The notes beneath the pieces were generated by a model, which worked only from the letters and a program-made list of their open reading frames with translations, ran no database searches and was not told where the DNA came from. This document shows, piece after piece, positions 34,997 to 44,695 of a DNA stretch of 51,394 nucleotides. Both the position numbers and the translations under genes were made by a program. The stretch spans positions 1-51,394 of IMG/VR virus record IMGVR_UViG_3300025087_000094; one strand, given 5' to 3'. Position 1 is the stretch's first letter. Each line of letters opens with the position of its first letter. This DNA is from a virus. Taxonomy: Duplodnaviria > Caudoviricetes.

Positions 34997-35362
34997 ATGA
35001 CACTCCAAGCACTGCGGGTATTGCCCGCATCGGACAAGCTCGTACTCAATATCGAGCACGCGCAAGCCACTGGACAGCGTAGATACGTCGGGCGCAATGC
35101 GATTCCCGCATGGGAACTCAGCGACCTTCCGCAAGACTGCCCTCGACATGAGGCTAGCGCGGACTTGCTGAATCCCGGCGACCGCAAGATGCCGCACTAC
35201 GCATTCCCCGAGAGTGGTTCGCCTGAAGTGGTCCCCAACATTCCGTACTACAGAAAGTGCGTGGCTAAGGGCGACCTGATTCCAGCGGACGAAGCGACGG
35301 CGCGCGAGTGCGGAGTGGCATTCATCAGTGCGCCGACCAAGACAGCAAAAAACCAGAAGTGA
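34997..35362 (+). CDS. small pre-sheath protein (Mu gp38/DUF2635-like)
   Basis: YYRKCVAKGDL motif; immediately before the sheath gene. Confidence 0.55.
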   Translation: MTLQALRVLPASDKLVLNIEHAQATGQRRYVGRNAIPAWELSDLPQDCPRHEASADLLNPGDRKMPHYAFPESGSPEVVPNIPYYRKCVAKGDLIPADEATARECGVAFISAPTKTAKNQK

Positions 35363-35407
35363 CCGGGACAACGTTACCGGCAACGCCACAACCGATAGGA
35401 GCAAAGC

Positions 35408-36928
35408 ATGGGGACTCTCAACTTGGCAGTCACAGGACTAGCCAGTAACGACCCGGTTCCTGGTTCGTACATCGAAGTTCTTTTCGGGCAAGGCGAGAGT
35501 GCCGGTAACCCGAACACGCCGCGCGTGTTGTTCATCGGACCCAAGACCAGCGCCGGCTCTGCTACTCCTGGGTCACAGGTGTATCAGCTGGGTTCGGTGC
35601 AGGACGCGATTACGTACTTCGGTACGGGGTCGAAGATTCACCGAATGATGCGCCGGTTCGTGGAGCAGTGCAAGAGCGCGCTGTGCTACGGTATCGCCCC
35701 CACCGAGAGCGCTGGCGCGGCTGCCACTGGTAGCGTGCACTTCACTACCACGTCCACGGGCGCTGGGTTCGTTCAGTTCACGTTGTGCGGCGAGTCTGTT
35801 CAGACGTCGATTGCCAAGTCTACGACTGTGACCGCGGCTGCTACGGCACTGAAGAACGATATCAATCTGATGACGCACTGGCCCGTTGTGGCTACCAGTT
35901 CCGCCGCAACGCTGAAACTGGCGGCGCGAACGAAGGGCACGGATGGCAACGCGATTCGATACCGAGCCAGCGTGTCTAGCGGACTAGGCATGTCTGCTAC
36001 GGCTGCGGCGGCTGCAATGAGCGGCGGCGCGACCGACGAAGTCTTCACTACCGCTTGCTCCACGATTGAGCCTGACCAGTACGATTACCTCGTTCCCGGC
36101 GCGAACGTGCTACTCGCCACTAGCGCGCGCGTGCTTGCGCTCAAGACGCAGGTAACGACTCAGGCGCAGCCGCTCACGGGTATCCGCCAGCAGATTGTGA
36201 TTGCACACGGTGGCTCGCAGTCCACTGCTGTTTCGTTCGCGGCAGGCACCGCTGTAGGCAATAGCCCGCGCGTGTCGATTGTGTGGCAAGAGAATCCCGA
36301 ATGGGAGCCTATGGAGATTGCCGCGCACGTGGCTGGACTCCGGTACGCTAAGGAGATTGCCAATCCGGTTGTGAACTACGACGGATACGGCAAGGGCGTC
36401 AACGATGCTCTGAATATCCCGAAGCAGTACTCGACGGCAGACTGGCCGACTCGCAGCGAGATTAGCGCGGCTATCAGTGGTGGTATGTCACCGATTGCCG
36501 TTGCCGGTGGTTCTCGCACGTATATCGTTCGTATGTGCACGGCGTCCACGGACGTGCGTGTGCGCGATACGGCGAAGGTAACGTGCGCGGATAAGTTCGC
36601 TGCGGACCTCGGCGCTCGCTATCAGTCGCAGTGGACGGCAGCGAACGTGCAGGATGACCCGTCGAACGATAACGTGCAACTTGCCCCGAACGTGTGCACG
36701 CCAAAGCGCTTGAAGGACTTGACTATCAAGCCGTTGTATCTGTTGTACTCAAGCAACGGATGGCTTGACAGCGCTCGCACGCTCGACGCAACCACTGGCG
36801 ACCTAAGCGCGTGCACGACCGGAATCGACCCGCAGAACGCCACGCGAATCAACGCGCGTGTGCCTATCCACGTGATGCCTCTGCTGCACCAGTTTGCGGC
36901 GGTTGTGTCGGAGAATAGCGCGGCCTGA
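35408..36928 (+). CDS. tail sheath protein (Mu gpL-like)
   Basis: VPGSYIEV, FGTGSKIHRM, AARTKGTDGN, terminal LHQFA. Confidence 0.9.
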   Translation: MGTLNLAVTGLASNDPVPGSYIEVLFGQGESAGNPNTPRVLFIGPKTSAGSATPGSQVYQLGSVQDAITYFGTGSKIHRMMRRFVEQCKSALCYGIAPTESAGAAATGSVHFTTTSTGAGFVQFTLCGESVQTSIAKSTTVTAAATALKNDINLMTHWPVVATSSAATLKLAARTKGTDGNAIRYRASVSSGLGMSATAAAAAMSGGATDEVFTTACSTIEPDQYDYLVPGANVLLATSARVLALKTQVTTQAQPLTGIRQQIVIAHGGSQSTAVSFAAGTAVGNSPRVSIVWQENPEWEPMEIAAHVAGLRYAKEIANPVVNYDGYGKGVNDALNIPKQYSTADWPTRSEISAAISGGMSPIAVAGGSRTYIVRMCTASTDVRVRDTAKVTCADKFAADLGARYQSQWTAANVQDDPSNDNVQLAPNVCTPKRLKDLTIKPLYLLYSSNGWLDSARTLDATTGDLSACTTGIDPQNATRINARVPIHVMPLLHQFAAVVSENSAA

Positions 36929-36946
36929 CCGCAGGAGTGACCCACC

Positions 36947-37318
36947 ATGGCAACTGACCAGTATGCGGTTGGATTCGTGTTTATCGACAGTCAACTCCTA
37001 GCCGAAGAGTTGACTTGCGACCTTGAGTACGACCCGAAGAACAATGTCGTGGTCACTCAGCAAAAGGGATTCGCTGGTATCACGATGGGCGCGGGAGTCT
37101 TCACGGCTACAGTGTCGAATGCGATTCCGCGCGCGGGACTTGAGGTTGACTTCTACAAGCTAGCAGCCGACCGAACTCCTGTCGAGTTCATCGTGCACGC
37201 CGCTGGTAAGAAGCGAATCAGCAAGGGGTTCATCGGACCCGTGCGCGAGAAGTTCGGCACGGACCAGTCCAGCACGCTTGACTTCACGTTCACGGGCGAA
37301 GAGCCTACCGTATCGTAA
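36947..37318 (+). CDS. tail tube protein
   Basis: 123 aa beta-rich protein right after the sheath; ends FTFTGE. Confidence 0.8.
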   Translation: MATDQYAVGFVFIDSQLLAEELTCDLEYDPKNNVVVTQQKGFAGITMGAGVFTATVSNAIPRAGLEVDFYKLAADRTPVEFIVHAAGKKRISKGFIGPVREKFGTDQSSTLDFTFTGEEPTVS

Positions 37319-37705
37319 TCTCGATACGGATATCGGCATGTCGATAGAATGTAACCTATGTGTTTATTCCGCCACGGGTTTTCTAAACACATAAGATAAG
37401 GGTTGCCTAAACTCACGCGGTTGCACACAGCTCGCACCTGTTTCAGTTTAGACAACACTCCACCCGTTCGGCTTCGGTCGCGCGGTTCGGCGGGGTTGTT
37501 CCTGCCTGCTTGCCTGTACGTTGCTAGCGACGTGCAGGTGTTTGCCTCTGGGCGAAAATCGCTCTGCCGGTCTGTACCCGGCCGAACACGGGGCGGTACC
37601 GTGCGGGGGCTCCACTACATGATAGCACGCTCGGGGCTATAACCGAGCAACGTTCGCGCATCATCGCGCGAGCATGGCATGCACGTATGTCCCATGGGAG
37701 GAAAC

Positions 37706-38413
37706 GTGGACGTAGAACGCATGCTCACAGCCCGCCCGCAAGTTGGCGACCAGTCCCCATCACCCGAAGTGTCTCCTAGTGAGACGCTTAGGATTCTTGC
37801 CGCGACTGAACCGCCTAGCGAGGTGCTACCGTTCCCGCGTCGCAATGACAAGGGAGAGCCCGCGTTCGAGTACCGAATGCGTGTTCTGACACAGTACGAG
37901 ATTGACTTGTGCTGTGCTAATTCGGAGCAGTACTCGCGCAAGCTACTCCAGGGACAACTCAAGATTACGGACGAGCAAGTCAAGCACGTCCGAAACGAAA
38001 CGTGGCGAGACGTGTACGAGAACGCGAAGCTGATTGAGCTTCTGTTCACGGCATGTCGCGACAAGGACGACCCCAAGCGCAAGCTATTCGACGCTCCGGG
38101 GCAACTCCGAAAACTGCTCACTGCCGACGAATGTGCTGCGCTGTTTCAGGCATACCAACTCGTGCAGGGAAAGTATGGCCCGCTGTGGTCGCAACTTTCG
38201 GACGAGCAGATTGAAGAGTGGATTGACCGCATTGTGAAGGGCGCGGACTTGCACCCTTTATCGCAATTGGAACCCGTAGCGCTAGCGATGCTGGTAGTTG
38301 GTATGGCATACCGAATTCGCGCCTTGAGGACCGGCACTGGCTCGTCTGGTTCGGACTCAAGCGATGGTGCGCTCGTGAGTTCCCCGAGTCCAAGTGAGAC
38401 CGTAAGCGAGTAG
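37706..38413 (+). CDS. tail assembly chaperone
   Basis: Between tube and tape measure genes; GTG start after GGAGG. Confidence 0.65.
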   Translation: MDVERMLTARPQVGDQSPSPEVSPSETLRILAATEPPSEVLPFPRRNDKGEPAFEYRMRVLTQYEIDLCCANSEQYSRKLLQGQLKITDEQVKHVRNETWRDVYENAKLIELLFTACRDKDDPKRKLFDAPGQLRKLLTADECAALFQAYQLVQGKYGPLWSQLSDEQIEEWIDRIVKGADLHPLSQLEPVALAMLVVGMAYRIRALRTGTGSSGSDSSDGALVSSPSPSETVSE

Positions 38414-38420
38414 ACGCTAG

Positions 38421-40544
38421 ATGCCAGAGCCTATCAAAATCTCGTTCATGACCGTGGGCGAGAACGAAGCCGCGCGCGCATTCGACACCGTGGAGAAGCG
38501 TGTGCGCAAGCTACAGGAAACGGAGAATAGGCTCACTCGGTCAAGGCAGACGTCTAGGCGTGTCGGTGCCGCAGTGGATACCAAGTCGGAGGAGGCTGCG
38601 GCTAGTAGGCTGAATAAGATTCGCGAGCGGTCTGCACTCATGGCTGGCAAGATAGCAGAGCAACAGGCGCGTAAGGAGATTCGAGAGGCGGAGAGAGCGG
38701 CGAAGGAGATTGCCCGCATTCAGAAGCGAGAGGCGCAGAAGACAGCGAACGAAGTAGCCTCGATAAAGAAGCGTTCGGATAAGCAGATGTCACTCGTGGC
38801 TGGCGCTGGTGCGCGCGGAGTTCGCGCTGGTATCGGGTCGCTTGCAAATATCGGAGCCGGTTTAGTTGCCACGGGCGGCGGCGCTATGATTGGCAATGCT
38901 GTAATTAGCAATCTGCAGTTGCGCAGGCAAGCCGCATTGCTGGTGAACTCCAGCCGCGACGTGGACACTGGTAACGCAACACAGAGCGCCACCGGTCTAG
39001 TGTCTACTGCGCAGGGTGTGGCAGGCAAGTACGGATTTGGTGCGAACGAAGTCATGCAGAGCATGGCTAACGTGTCAGCGCGTGGCGGTGGTGCTCCGTC
39101 TCTAAAAGCATACAAGGAAGACCTTGACGATATCGCTGCTAGCGCCAAGGCGTTTGGCGTAACGATGGAGGACACTGGTTCGGTTTATGCGGCTATGATG
39201 AATGCCGGTGTCAAGCCGGGGAAAGAGGCGCGCGACCTGTTTACTGACCTAATCGCGCAGGGCAAGATGGGCGCAATTGAGATGGCGGACCTTGCCGGTG
39301 AAGCCGCGAAGCTATCGGGCAAGGCTGGCATGACGAACATCAGCGCTCGTGACCGTGTGGCGCAGTCCGTGGCATTCGCTCAGATTGCTGCCCGCGCACA
39401 GGTGTCTCCGGAAGAGTCGCGCACCGCATTATCGGACGTGATTCGGGATATGTACACTGGCGGTAGCAAGTTTGAGTCTGCTGGCACGAAGGTGTTTGAC
39501 CAGTCCGGTATGGTTGGCAATCTTGCGGACATACTGCCAACCATCATCGATACCGCTAACACGAAGGGATACGGCGGTCAAAAGGGCCTGAAGAGCATCC
39601 TTGGGAGAGGTAAATTCTCCGGCACGTCCACTGCCATCATTACCGAACTGAACAAGCTCTACATGGGGGCGGGCGGTGGTGAGGCTGGAAAGAAGCGAGT
39701 GCAGAAAGAGATTGCTACTTTCTCGGGAGCGCACTTGGCTGGCGGCGAACGCGACAAGGCGCTGGCCGAGGTCATGGGCACGGACTTGGAAAAGACCAAC
39801 GTGGCCCTAGAGCAATTCAAGACTAAGATTGGCGAACTGACACCCAAGATTGCCGAACTATTGCCCGGCATGCTGAATGTCACTAAGGCATTCGCAAACT
39901 TCGCTGTGTGGGCTGGGCAGAATCCTTGGCAGGGAGCGGGTGTTGTGCTGTCTGCTAGTATCGCCAAGGAAGTAGCCAATGCTGGGCTTGACGCTGCATT
40001 GAAGACTGGCGTTGGTAAGGCATTCGGCTCAATAGGCACAATCGCCATGGTGGCGACGGCCGTGTACCTAACTGGTCAGATGATTATTGACAAGTCGTTC
40101 GAAGAGAACGACAAGAGAATTTTCGATACCGCATCGGCGGGCAATAGTCAAGACCGCGCTAGGCAGATGCTTGCCAGGGGTAGTAAGGTGAACCCTGAGT
40201 CGGCGCTTGAACTCGCCGGACAACTAGATGTCCAATCTGCGGAAGCGTCCAAGCGCGCCGGTGCTGGCACCAGTGTGCTGAAACAGATGTTCGGCGGGTT
40301 GGCTGCGGGGTATGGCGCTGTAACTGGCAACAAGGATATCCAGGAGACAGTCCAACAGGACGTGAAACGAGAGGCGAGAACTCAGGTTGAGAATGAGGCG
40401 ACGGCTGCGTCTGCAAAGGAACTGGCCGATGCCTTGCGCGCGGCGGCTGCGGCTGCTAAGGAGTTCAATCCGGGCAGCGGCGGTCCCAACCGCTCCGGTG
40501 CTCCCGCCGCAACCTCCCCCTCCGCTCGGTCGGGTATTCAGTGA
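38421..40544 (+). CDS. tape measure protein
   Basis: 707 aa, Ala/Gly-rich helical; QGKMGAIEMADLA core; synteny. Confidence 0.88.
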   Translation: MPEPIKISFMTVGENEAARAFDTVEKRVRKLQETENRLTRSRQTSRRVGAAVDTKSEEAAASRLNKIRERSALMAGKIAEQQARKEIREAERAAKEIARIQKREAQKTANEVASIKKRSDKQMSLVAGAGARGVRAGIGSLANIGAGLVATGGGAMIGNAVISNLQLRRQAALLVNSSRDVDTGNATQSATGLVSTAQGVAGKYGFGANEVMQSMANVSARGGGAPSLKAYKEDLDDIAASAKAFGVTMEDTGSVYAAMMNAGVKPGKEARDLFTDLIAQGKMGAIEMADLAGEAAKLSGKAGMTNISARDRVAQSVAFAQIAARAQVSPEESRTALSDVIRDMYTGGSKFESAGTKVFDQSGMVGNLADILPTIIDTANTKGYGGQKGLKSILGRGKFSGTSTAIITELNKLYMGAGGGEAGKKRVQKEIATFSGAHLAGGERDKALAEVMGTDLEKTNVALEQFKTKIGELTPKIAELLPGMLNVTKAFANFAVWAGQNPWQGAGVVLSASIAKEVANAGLDAALKTGVGKAFGSIGTIAMVATAVYLTGQMIIDKSFEENDKRIFDTASAGNSQDRARQMLARGSKVNPESALELAGQLDVQSAEASKRAGAGTSVLKQMFGGLAAGYGAVTGNKDIQETVQQDVKREARTQVENEATAASAKELADALRAAAAAAKEFNPGSGGPNRSGAPAATSPSARSGIQ

Positions 40545-40831
40545 CCGACCCGTCCCAGCCCCGCTAGCAGCCTGGAAACGAACCCGCGCGCAGGCTGGCG
40601 ATAGCTAGTGGCAGGTTCGGTCCTGACGCCATCTAGGAGCCGTTGCGCATCGGCAAGGGCCATCTGTAGTTCGTGCGTGTCTCGCATGGGGACCAGAATA
40701 GGGTCGCGGTCGTCGCGTGGGTAGGCCATGAGATACAGTGTCGCGCCATGGTCTGAGACGTGGACAGTCACGGTTAGCCGCGTGCTGTACAGTCCGTTCA
40801 CGGACGCTACGTTTGCGTCTAGTTCGCGCAC
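40538..40831 (-). CDS. hypothetical protein (antisense cassette gene 2)
   Basis: Overlaps the stop of 40819..41142; fills the gap between tail genes. Confidence 0.55.
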   Translation of the reverse strand: MRELDANVASVNGLYSTRLTVTVHVSDHGATLYLMAYPRDDRDPILVPMRDTHELQMALADAQRLLDGVRTEPATSYRQPARGFVSRLLAGLGRVGH

Positions 40832-41142
40832 GGCTGCCTCGTTTTACCCCCGTCGATAACGCGCAGGAATGGGGCCATCGTGGCCCGATACTGTTCCTTC
40901 GCTTCCTCGGTACCGGCGAACACAATGGGCCTGTCTCGCTTCGGTTTTGGAAGCGCATCCACTGCCGACTGAATCTCGGACAGTGCCGCGATTAGTTCGA
41001 CCGCGCTAGCGAACGAGACAACGACGGGAGAGCGACCGTTGGTGAACGCCGCAAGGTCCACGCACGCGGCTCCGTCGAATTCAACGCGCAGGCTAACAGA
41101 CACGTGAGAACCGCCAAGCCCCGGAATTTCGATAGTGCTCAT
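40819..41142 (-). CDS. hypothetical protein (antisense cassette gene 1, leaderless)
   Basis: ATG 6 nt after the -10 box of a leftward promoter; ends with LRVIDGGK. Confidence 0.65.
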   Translation of the reverse strand: MSTIEIPGLGGSHVSVSLRVEFDGAACVDLAAFTNGRSPVVVSFASAVELIAALSEIQSAVDALPKPKRDRPIVFAGTEEAKEQYRATMAPFLRVIDGGKTRQPCAN

Positions 41143-41148
41143 ACGGGC

Positions 41149-41177
41149 AAGATAACCACGAGATAGCATGCCGTCAA
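41149..41177 (-). promoter_or_regulatory. leftward sigma70-type promoter inside the tail module
   Basis: TTGACG-17-TATCTT with GTGGT. Confidence 0.75.
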
Positions 41178-42076
41178 GTCCCTACGATATCATGTCCGGG
41201 CTCCTAGACCTTTCCTTCCGAGGGGTCAGTGTGCCGTGTCAGCTTCATACGTTGGACTTCTCGCATGCGCAAGTGGAGCATAACCAGCCTGGAGTGGACG
41301 GCGGGAACGTTGAGGACATGGCTCGCAAGTCCGCGAAGATGTCTTTCCGCGTGCCGTTCCACAACCTGATAAGCTGGCCTAAGAAGCTATATCCGGACGT
41401 GTTCCGAGACTTCTGGAATGCATGCCTAGACCGTAGCGTCGGGCCGTTCGTGCATCCTGAGTTCGGTGAATTGGATGCCAAGGTCGAGAACTTCAAGGTA
41501 ACGTTCGATCCGAATCTACGCGACGGATACGACGTAGATGTGTCGTTTATCGAGTCCACGGAAAACGGAGTCACTGTATCGGACAACCCGATTGGACCAG
41601 TCACGTCCGCGTTGGCACTCATGCAGGACTTCCTAGCAATCTCGGGGAACATCGACCCGACTCCTACGTACGATGACGGCTCCGGTGATGACCCACTAAC
41701 CGCTCTGAAGAAACTACAGGGAGCGCTACTACTTGCGCAACTCAGCGTGCAGGACAAGTTGCTTCAGGTCTCACGTGTGACCGGCGCAATCAATAGCATG
41801 CTAGACACGGTCGACTCTGCTACTAGCGCGGATGCCTGGCTTGGTCGTGATATCCTCGCCACCATCGCGGGCAACCTGCAAGACACGGCGGACAGTCTTG
41901 GTGTGACGCAATCGAAAAAGAAGATTGACTACGTGGTAGCAGCGCAGGATATCATCCCACGCGACGCCGCTTCCCGTGCGGGCATGAGTGTCGAGGCGTT
42001 CTACAAGCTCAATCCGCGCGCCGCGTCTAAGCCTATCATCGCGGCCGGTAGCGAATACTTCATCGAGGTCGGCTAG
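41168..42076 (+). CDS. DNA circularisation / tail-tube initiator protein (Mu gpN-like) with LysM-like C-terminus
   Basis: LSFRGV...EH..PG.DG..VEDMAR...VHPEFG...FIE; terminal FYKLNP. Confidence 0.85.
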   Translation: MPSSPYDIMSGLLDLSFRGVSVPCQLHTLDFSHAQVEHNQPGVDGGNVEDMARKSAKMSFRVPFHNLISWPKKLYPDVFRDFWNACLDRSVGPFVHPEFGELDAKVENFKVTFDPNLRDGYDVDVSFIESTENGVTVSDNPIGPVTSALALMQDFLAISGNIDPTPTYDDGSGDDPLTALKKLQGALLLAQLSVQDKLLQVSRVTGAINSMLDTVDSATSADAWLGRDILATIAGNLQDTADSLGVTQSKKKIDYVVAAQDIIPRDAASRAGMSVEAFYKLNPRAASKPIIAAGSEYFIEVG

Positions 42077-43251
42077 TGGTCCTAGAGCTAGCCAAGTTCG
42101 TGCTCGAGGATGGCACCGAACTATCTGGGTGGGATTCCTACTCTATCGCATCGGACTTCCTTACCCCGACCGATGGCTGGTCTGTGCAGGTGTGCGGGCG
42201 CAACAAAATTGACCAGTTCTTGTCTCTGCTACAGCCCGATACGAAGGTGCAAGCGTGGGTTGACGGGCAGCGCGTGCTCACCGGCTTCGTGGATAGCACG
42301 TCAATCCAAAGCGACATGAGTGGCACGCGCCTGACTGTGCAAGGTCGCGACATCCTGAAGCCGCTGTGTAAGGCGAACATTCACCCGTCGTTTCGCGTCA
42401 AGGGAATCACGCTGGCCGATATGGTCGCGAAGGTCATTGACGCATACTACATGCAAGACAAGCCCGACCTGTACTACGACAACGAAGCGAACAGACAAGT
42501 CCTAGACCTGAAGCCGGGCAAGGGCAAAGACCGTAGCGCGCAGCAAAAGAAGGTAATCGACTACTGCCAAGCGCACCCGAACGAGGGCGCATTCGAGTTC
42601 GTGTCCCGCAACCTACGCCGGTTCGGACTTTGGATATGGGCTACAGCGGACGGGAACATCGTTATCGGCGGGCCCGATTACGCGCAAGAACCAAGTTACG
42701 AGATTCAACGGCACACGGACCAGACTGGCACGGGGTACATATCAGCCACGTACGGGCGGAACCTATCCAACGTCCCTACCTATCTTGAAGTGCGCGGCAA
42801 GTCTACCCAGAAAGAATGGGACAAGAAGACCGTGGCAGGCTGGGCGCAACCGTGGCTAACCCAGTATGGCGAAGTCGTTGTGAGCGGTCGAAAGCCAGAC
42901 TACGCACTATACAACCAACGTTCTAAGTGGTATATCGAGCCAGCGTACATTCAGCACGACCAAGCCGAGACATCGGAGCAGGCGCAGGACTTTGCGTTCC
43001 AAGAGATGACTCGACTGCGGCAGGATGAAGAGTCGTACACGGTAACCGCGATTGGTCACAGGGACAGAGCGACTGGCAATCTGTTCGCGGTCGATACCAC
43101 GGCAAACGTAAGCGACCAATACTGCAACGTGGAAAAGAAGATGTGGGTATCGTCCCGCACATTCCGCGGCTCGGTGGATGGCGGTACCACGACTGAACTA
43201 ACGCTGCAACCGCTGTATTCGATTCAACTCTCGGACATCGACGTGCCCTAA
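42076..43251 (+). CDS. baseplate hub protein (Mu gpP/gp44-like)
   Basis: GWDSYSIASD...VLTGFVD...VQGRD...GTTTELTL. Confidence 0.88.
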   Translation: MVLELAKFVLEDGTELSGWDSYSIASDFLTPTDGWSVQVCGRNKIDQFLSLLQPDTKVQAWVDGQRVLTGFVDSTSIQSDMSGTRLTVQGRDILKPLCKANIHPSFRVKGITLADMVAKVIDAYYMQDKPDLYYDNEANRQVLDLKPGKGKDRSAQQKKVIDYCQAHPNEGAFEFVSRNLRRFGLWIWATADGNIVIGGPDYAQEPSYEIQRHTDQTGTGYISATYGRNLSNVPTYLEVRGKSTQKEWDKKTVAGWAQPWLTQYGEVVVSGRKPDYALYNQRSKWYIEPAYIQHDQAETSEQAQDFAFQEMTRLRQDEESYTVTAIGHRDRATGNLFAVDTTANVSDQYCNVEKKMWVSSRTFRGSVDGGTTTELTLQPLYSIQLSDIDVP

Positions 43252-43255
43252 GCAC

Positions 43256-43897
43256 ATGAGCGCCTATGACCTCGCCGGACTAGTTGACATTCTGCCAGTC
43301 AAGCGAAGCGACTTGATTGGCGACAATCAGTCCACGATTGGCGTATTCCTGTCCGAGCCCGAGCGCAGTCCAGATGACCCTATCAAGCCGGACTCCGACG
43401 AGAGCGCGCCTATCGATTGGTGGCAGCACTACGGGTTCCTGTCGCGCCCACCGGCCAACGCGGAAGTGCTAGCGCTGCGCGTTGGCGCTCAGGTGTTCGG
43501 AATCGCATCGCGCGCGTTGGCTAGCGTGGCAGCGTTCGGAAAGATGGGCGAGGGCGATGTTGCCCTGTACTCGATTGGCGGGAACCTGATTCGGTTACAG
43601 GCTAACGGGGCTATCAACGTGCTTGTCCCAACGAAGAACGGAAAGCAACTAGTCGTGCGTCTAGACCCTAAAGGCGCTGGCGAAATCAAGATAGTCAACG
43701 GCGCTGGGATGGCAATCGAGTTCTCCGAAGAGAATGGACTAGTGGTCAACGCTGGGCAGAAGGACGTAACGTTCGCCTGCCGCAACTTCCAAGTGATTGG
43801 CGCGGCTACGAACTTGAACACGGCATCGGTGAAACTCGGGGTGAGTGGAGCTAAGCCATTGGTCGGAACGGCAGCTAGCCCACAGGTATTCGGTTGA
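43256..43897 (+). CDS. baseplate spike protein (Mu gp45-like)
   Basis: QHYGFLSRPP...GEGDVALY. Confidence 0.85.
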   Translation: MSAYDLAGLVDILPVKRSDLIGDNQSTIGVFLSEPERSPDDPIKPDSDESAPIDWWQHYGFLSRPPANAEVLALRVGAQVFGIASRALASVAAFGKMGEGDVALYSIGGNLIRLQANGAINVLVPTKNGKQLVVRLDPKGAGEIKIVNGAGMAIEFSEENGLVVNAGQKDVTFACRNFQVIGAATNLNTASVKLGVSGAKPLVGTAASPQVFG

Positions 43898-44205
43898 GCC
43901 TATGCAAGTTCGCATTCCCCTTTGCCATCCGTCTGCCGTCTCTGAATATCAGTCTGCCCGCACTCAAACTTCCGTCGTTTTCACTGGAGATACCGGAACT
44001 CAATATCAGCATTCATATCTCGATACCACTCCCGAGCCTTTCAATCGAGTTGCCGGTACTCAAACTCCCGTGGTTCTCGCTGAAGATTCCGGAGTTGAAC
44101 ATCGATATCTCAATCAGCATCCCGCTGCCATCGTTGGCAATCTCGCTTCCCACGCTGAAACTGCCGTGGATATCTCTACCACCTTGCCCGCTCGACGCCC
44201 TGTGA
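43894..44205 (+). CDS. Pro/Leu/Ile/Ser repeat protein with a duplicated 32-aa unit
   Basis: TTGA coupling to the spike gene; LKLPxFSLxIPELNIxIxISIPLPSLxIxLP x2; terminal Cys residues. Confidence 0.6.
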   Translation: MSLCKFAFPFAIRLPSLNISLPALKLPSFSLEIPELNISIHISIPLPSLSIELPVLKLPWFSLKIPELNIDISISIPLPSLAISLPTLKLPWISLPPCPLDAL

Positions 44206-44211
44206 GATGAC

Positions 44212-44682
44212 ATGACTACTGGCGCAGGATTCGAACCACTAGGAACTTCGCCTGCCGGAATCGGAGAACCTATCATCTCCGCCGCGCTGGTCATTACCGG
44301 ATACCAACGCAGTACGCTAGGCACTGTTTCCAGCGTGCTAATCAATGGCCTTACGAAGGACTACGAGTACGACTCCGCTGGTAACGAGGAGGGCATGGGC
44401 GACACAAGGCAGCGAGTATACATGCTAATGGCCGAAGAGTTTGGTTCGCGCCAGTGCTCGCCTAAGAGCGGATTCTCTCGCCCGCCCACGATTGGCGGAA
44501 ACTTCCGCCAGGATATCGAAACACGAGCACGCGCCGCATTGGCTCCGGTGCTATCCGATGGCTCTGTAAGACTGGACCGAGTAGACACTGAATCCGCAGC
44601 AAACTCGGGGCTGGCTTACATCGTTTGGACGAACCTGCGCACGGGCGTTCAGGACCGTGTATCTGCACCCCTGAGGCAATAG
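44212..44682 (+). CDS. baseplate wedge / sheath initiator (gp25/Mu gp46-like)
   Basis: Size, synteny, RARAALAPVLSDG. Confidence 0.7.
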   Translation: MTTGAGFEPLGTSPAGIGEPIISAALVITGYQRSTLGTVSSVLINGLTKDYEYDSAGNEEGMGDTRQRVYMLMAEEFGSRQCSPKSGFSRPPTIGGNFRQDIETRARAALAPVLSDGSVRLDRVDTESAANSGLAYIVWTNLRTGVQDRVSAPLRQ

Positions 44683-44695
44683 TCGAGGCAATAGG

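Noticed and set aside
39740-39845. Partial matches of guide units 1 (15/18) and 2 (15/19) in the tape measure gene
   Set aside because: Three to four mismatches cluster in one half; plausible by chance in this much sequence
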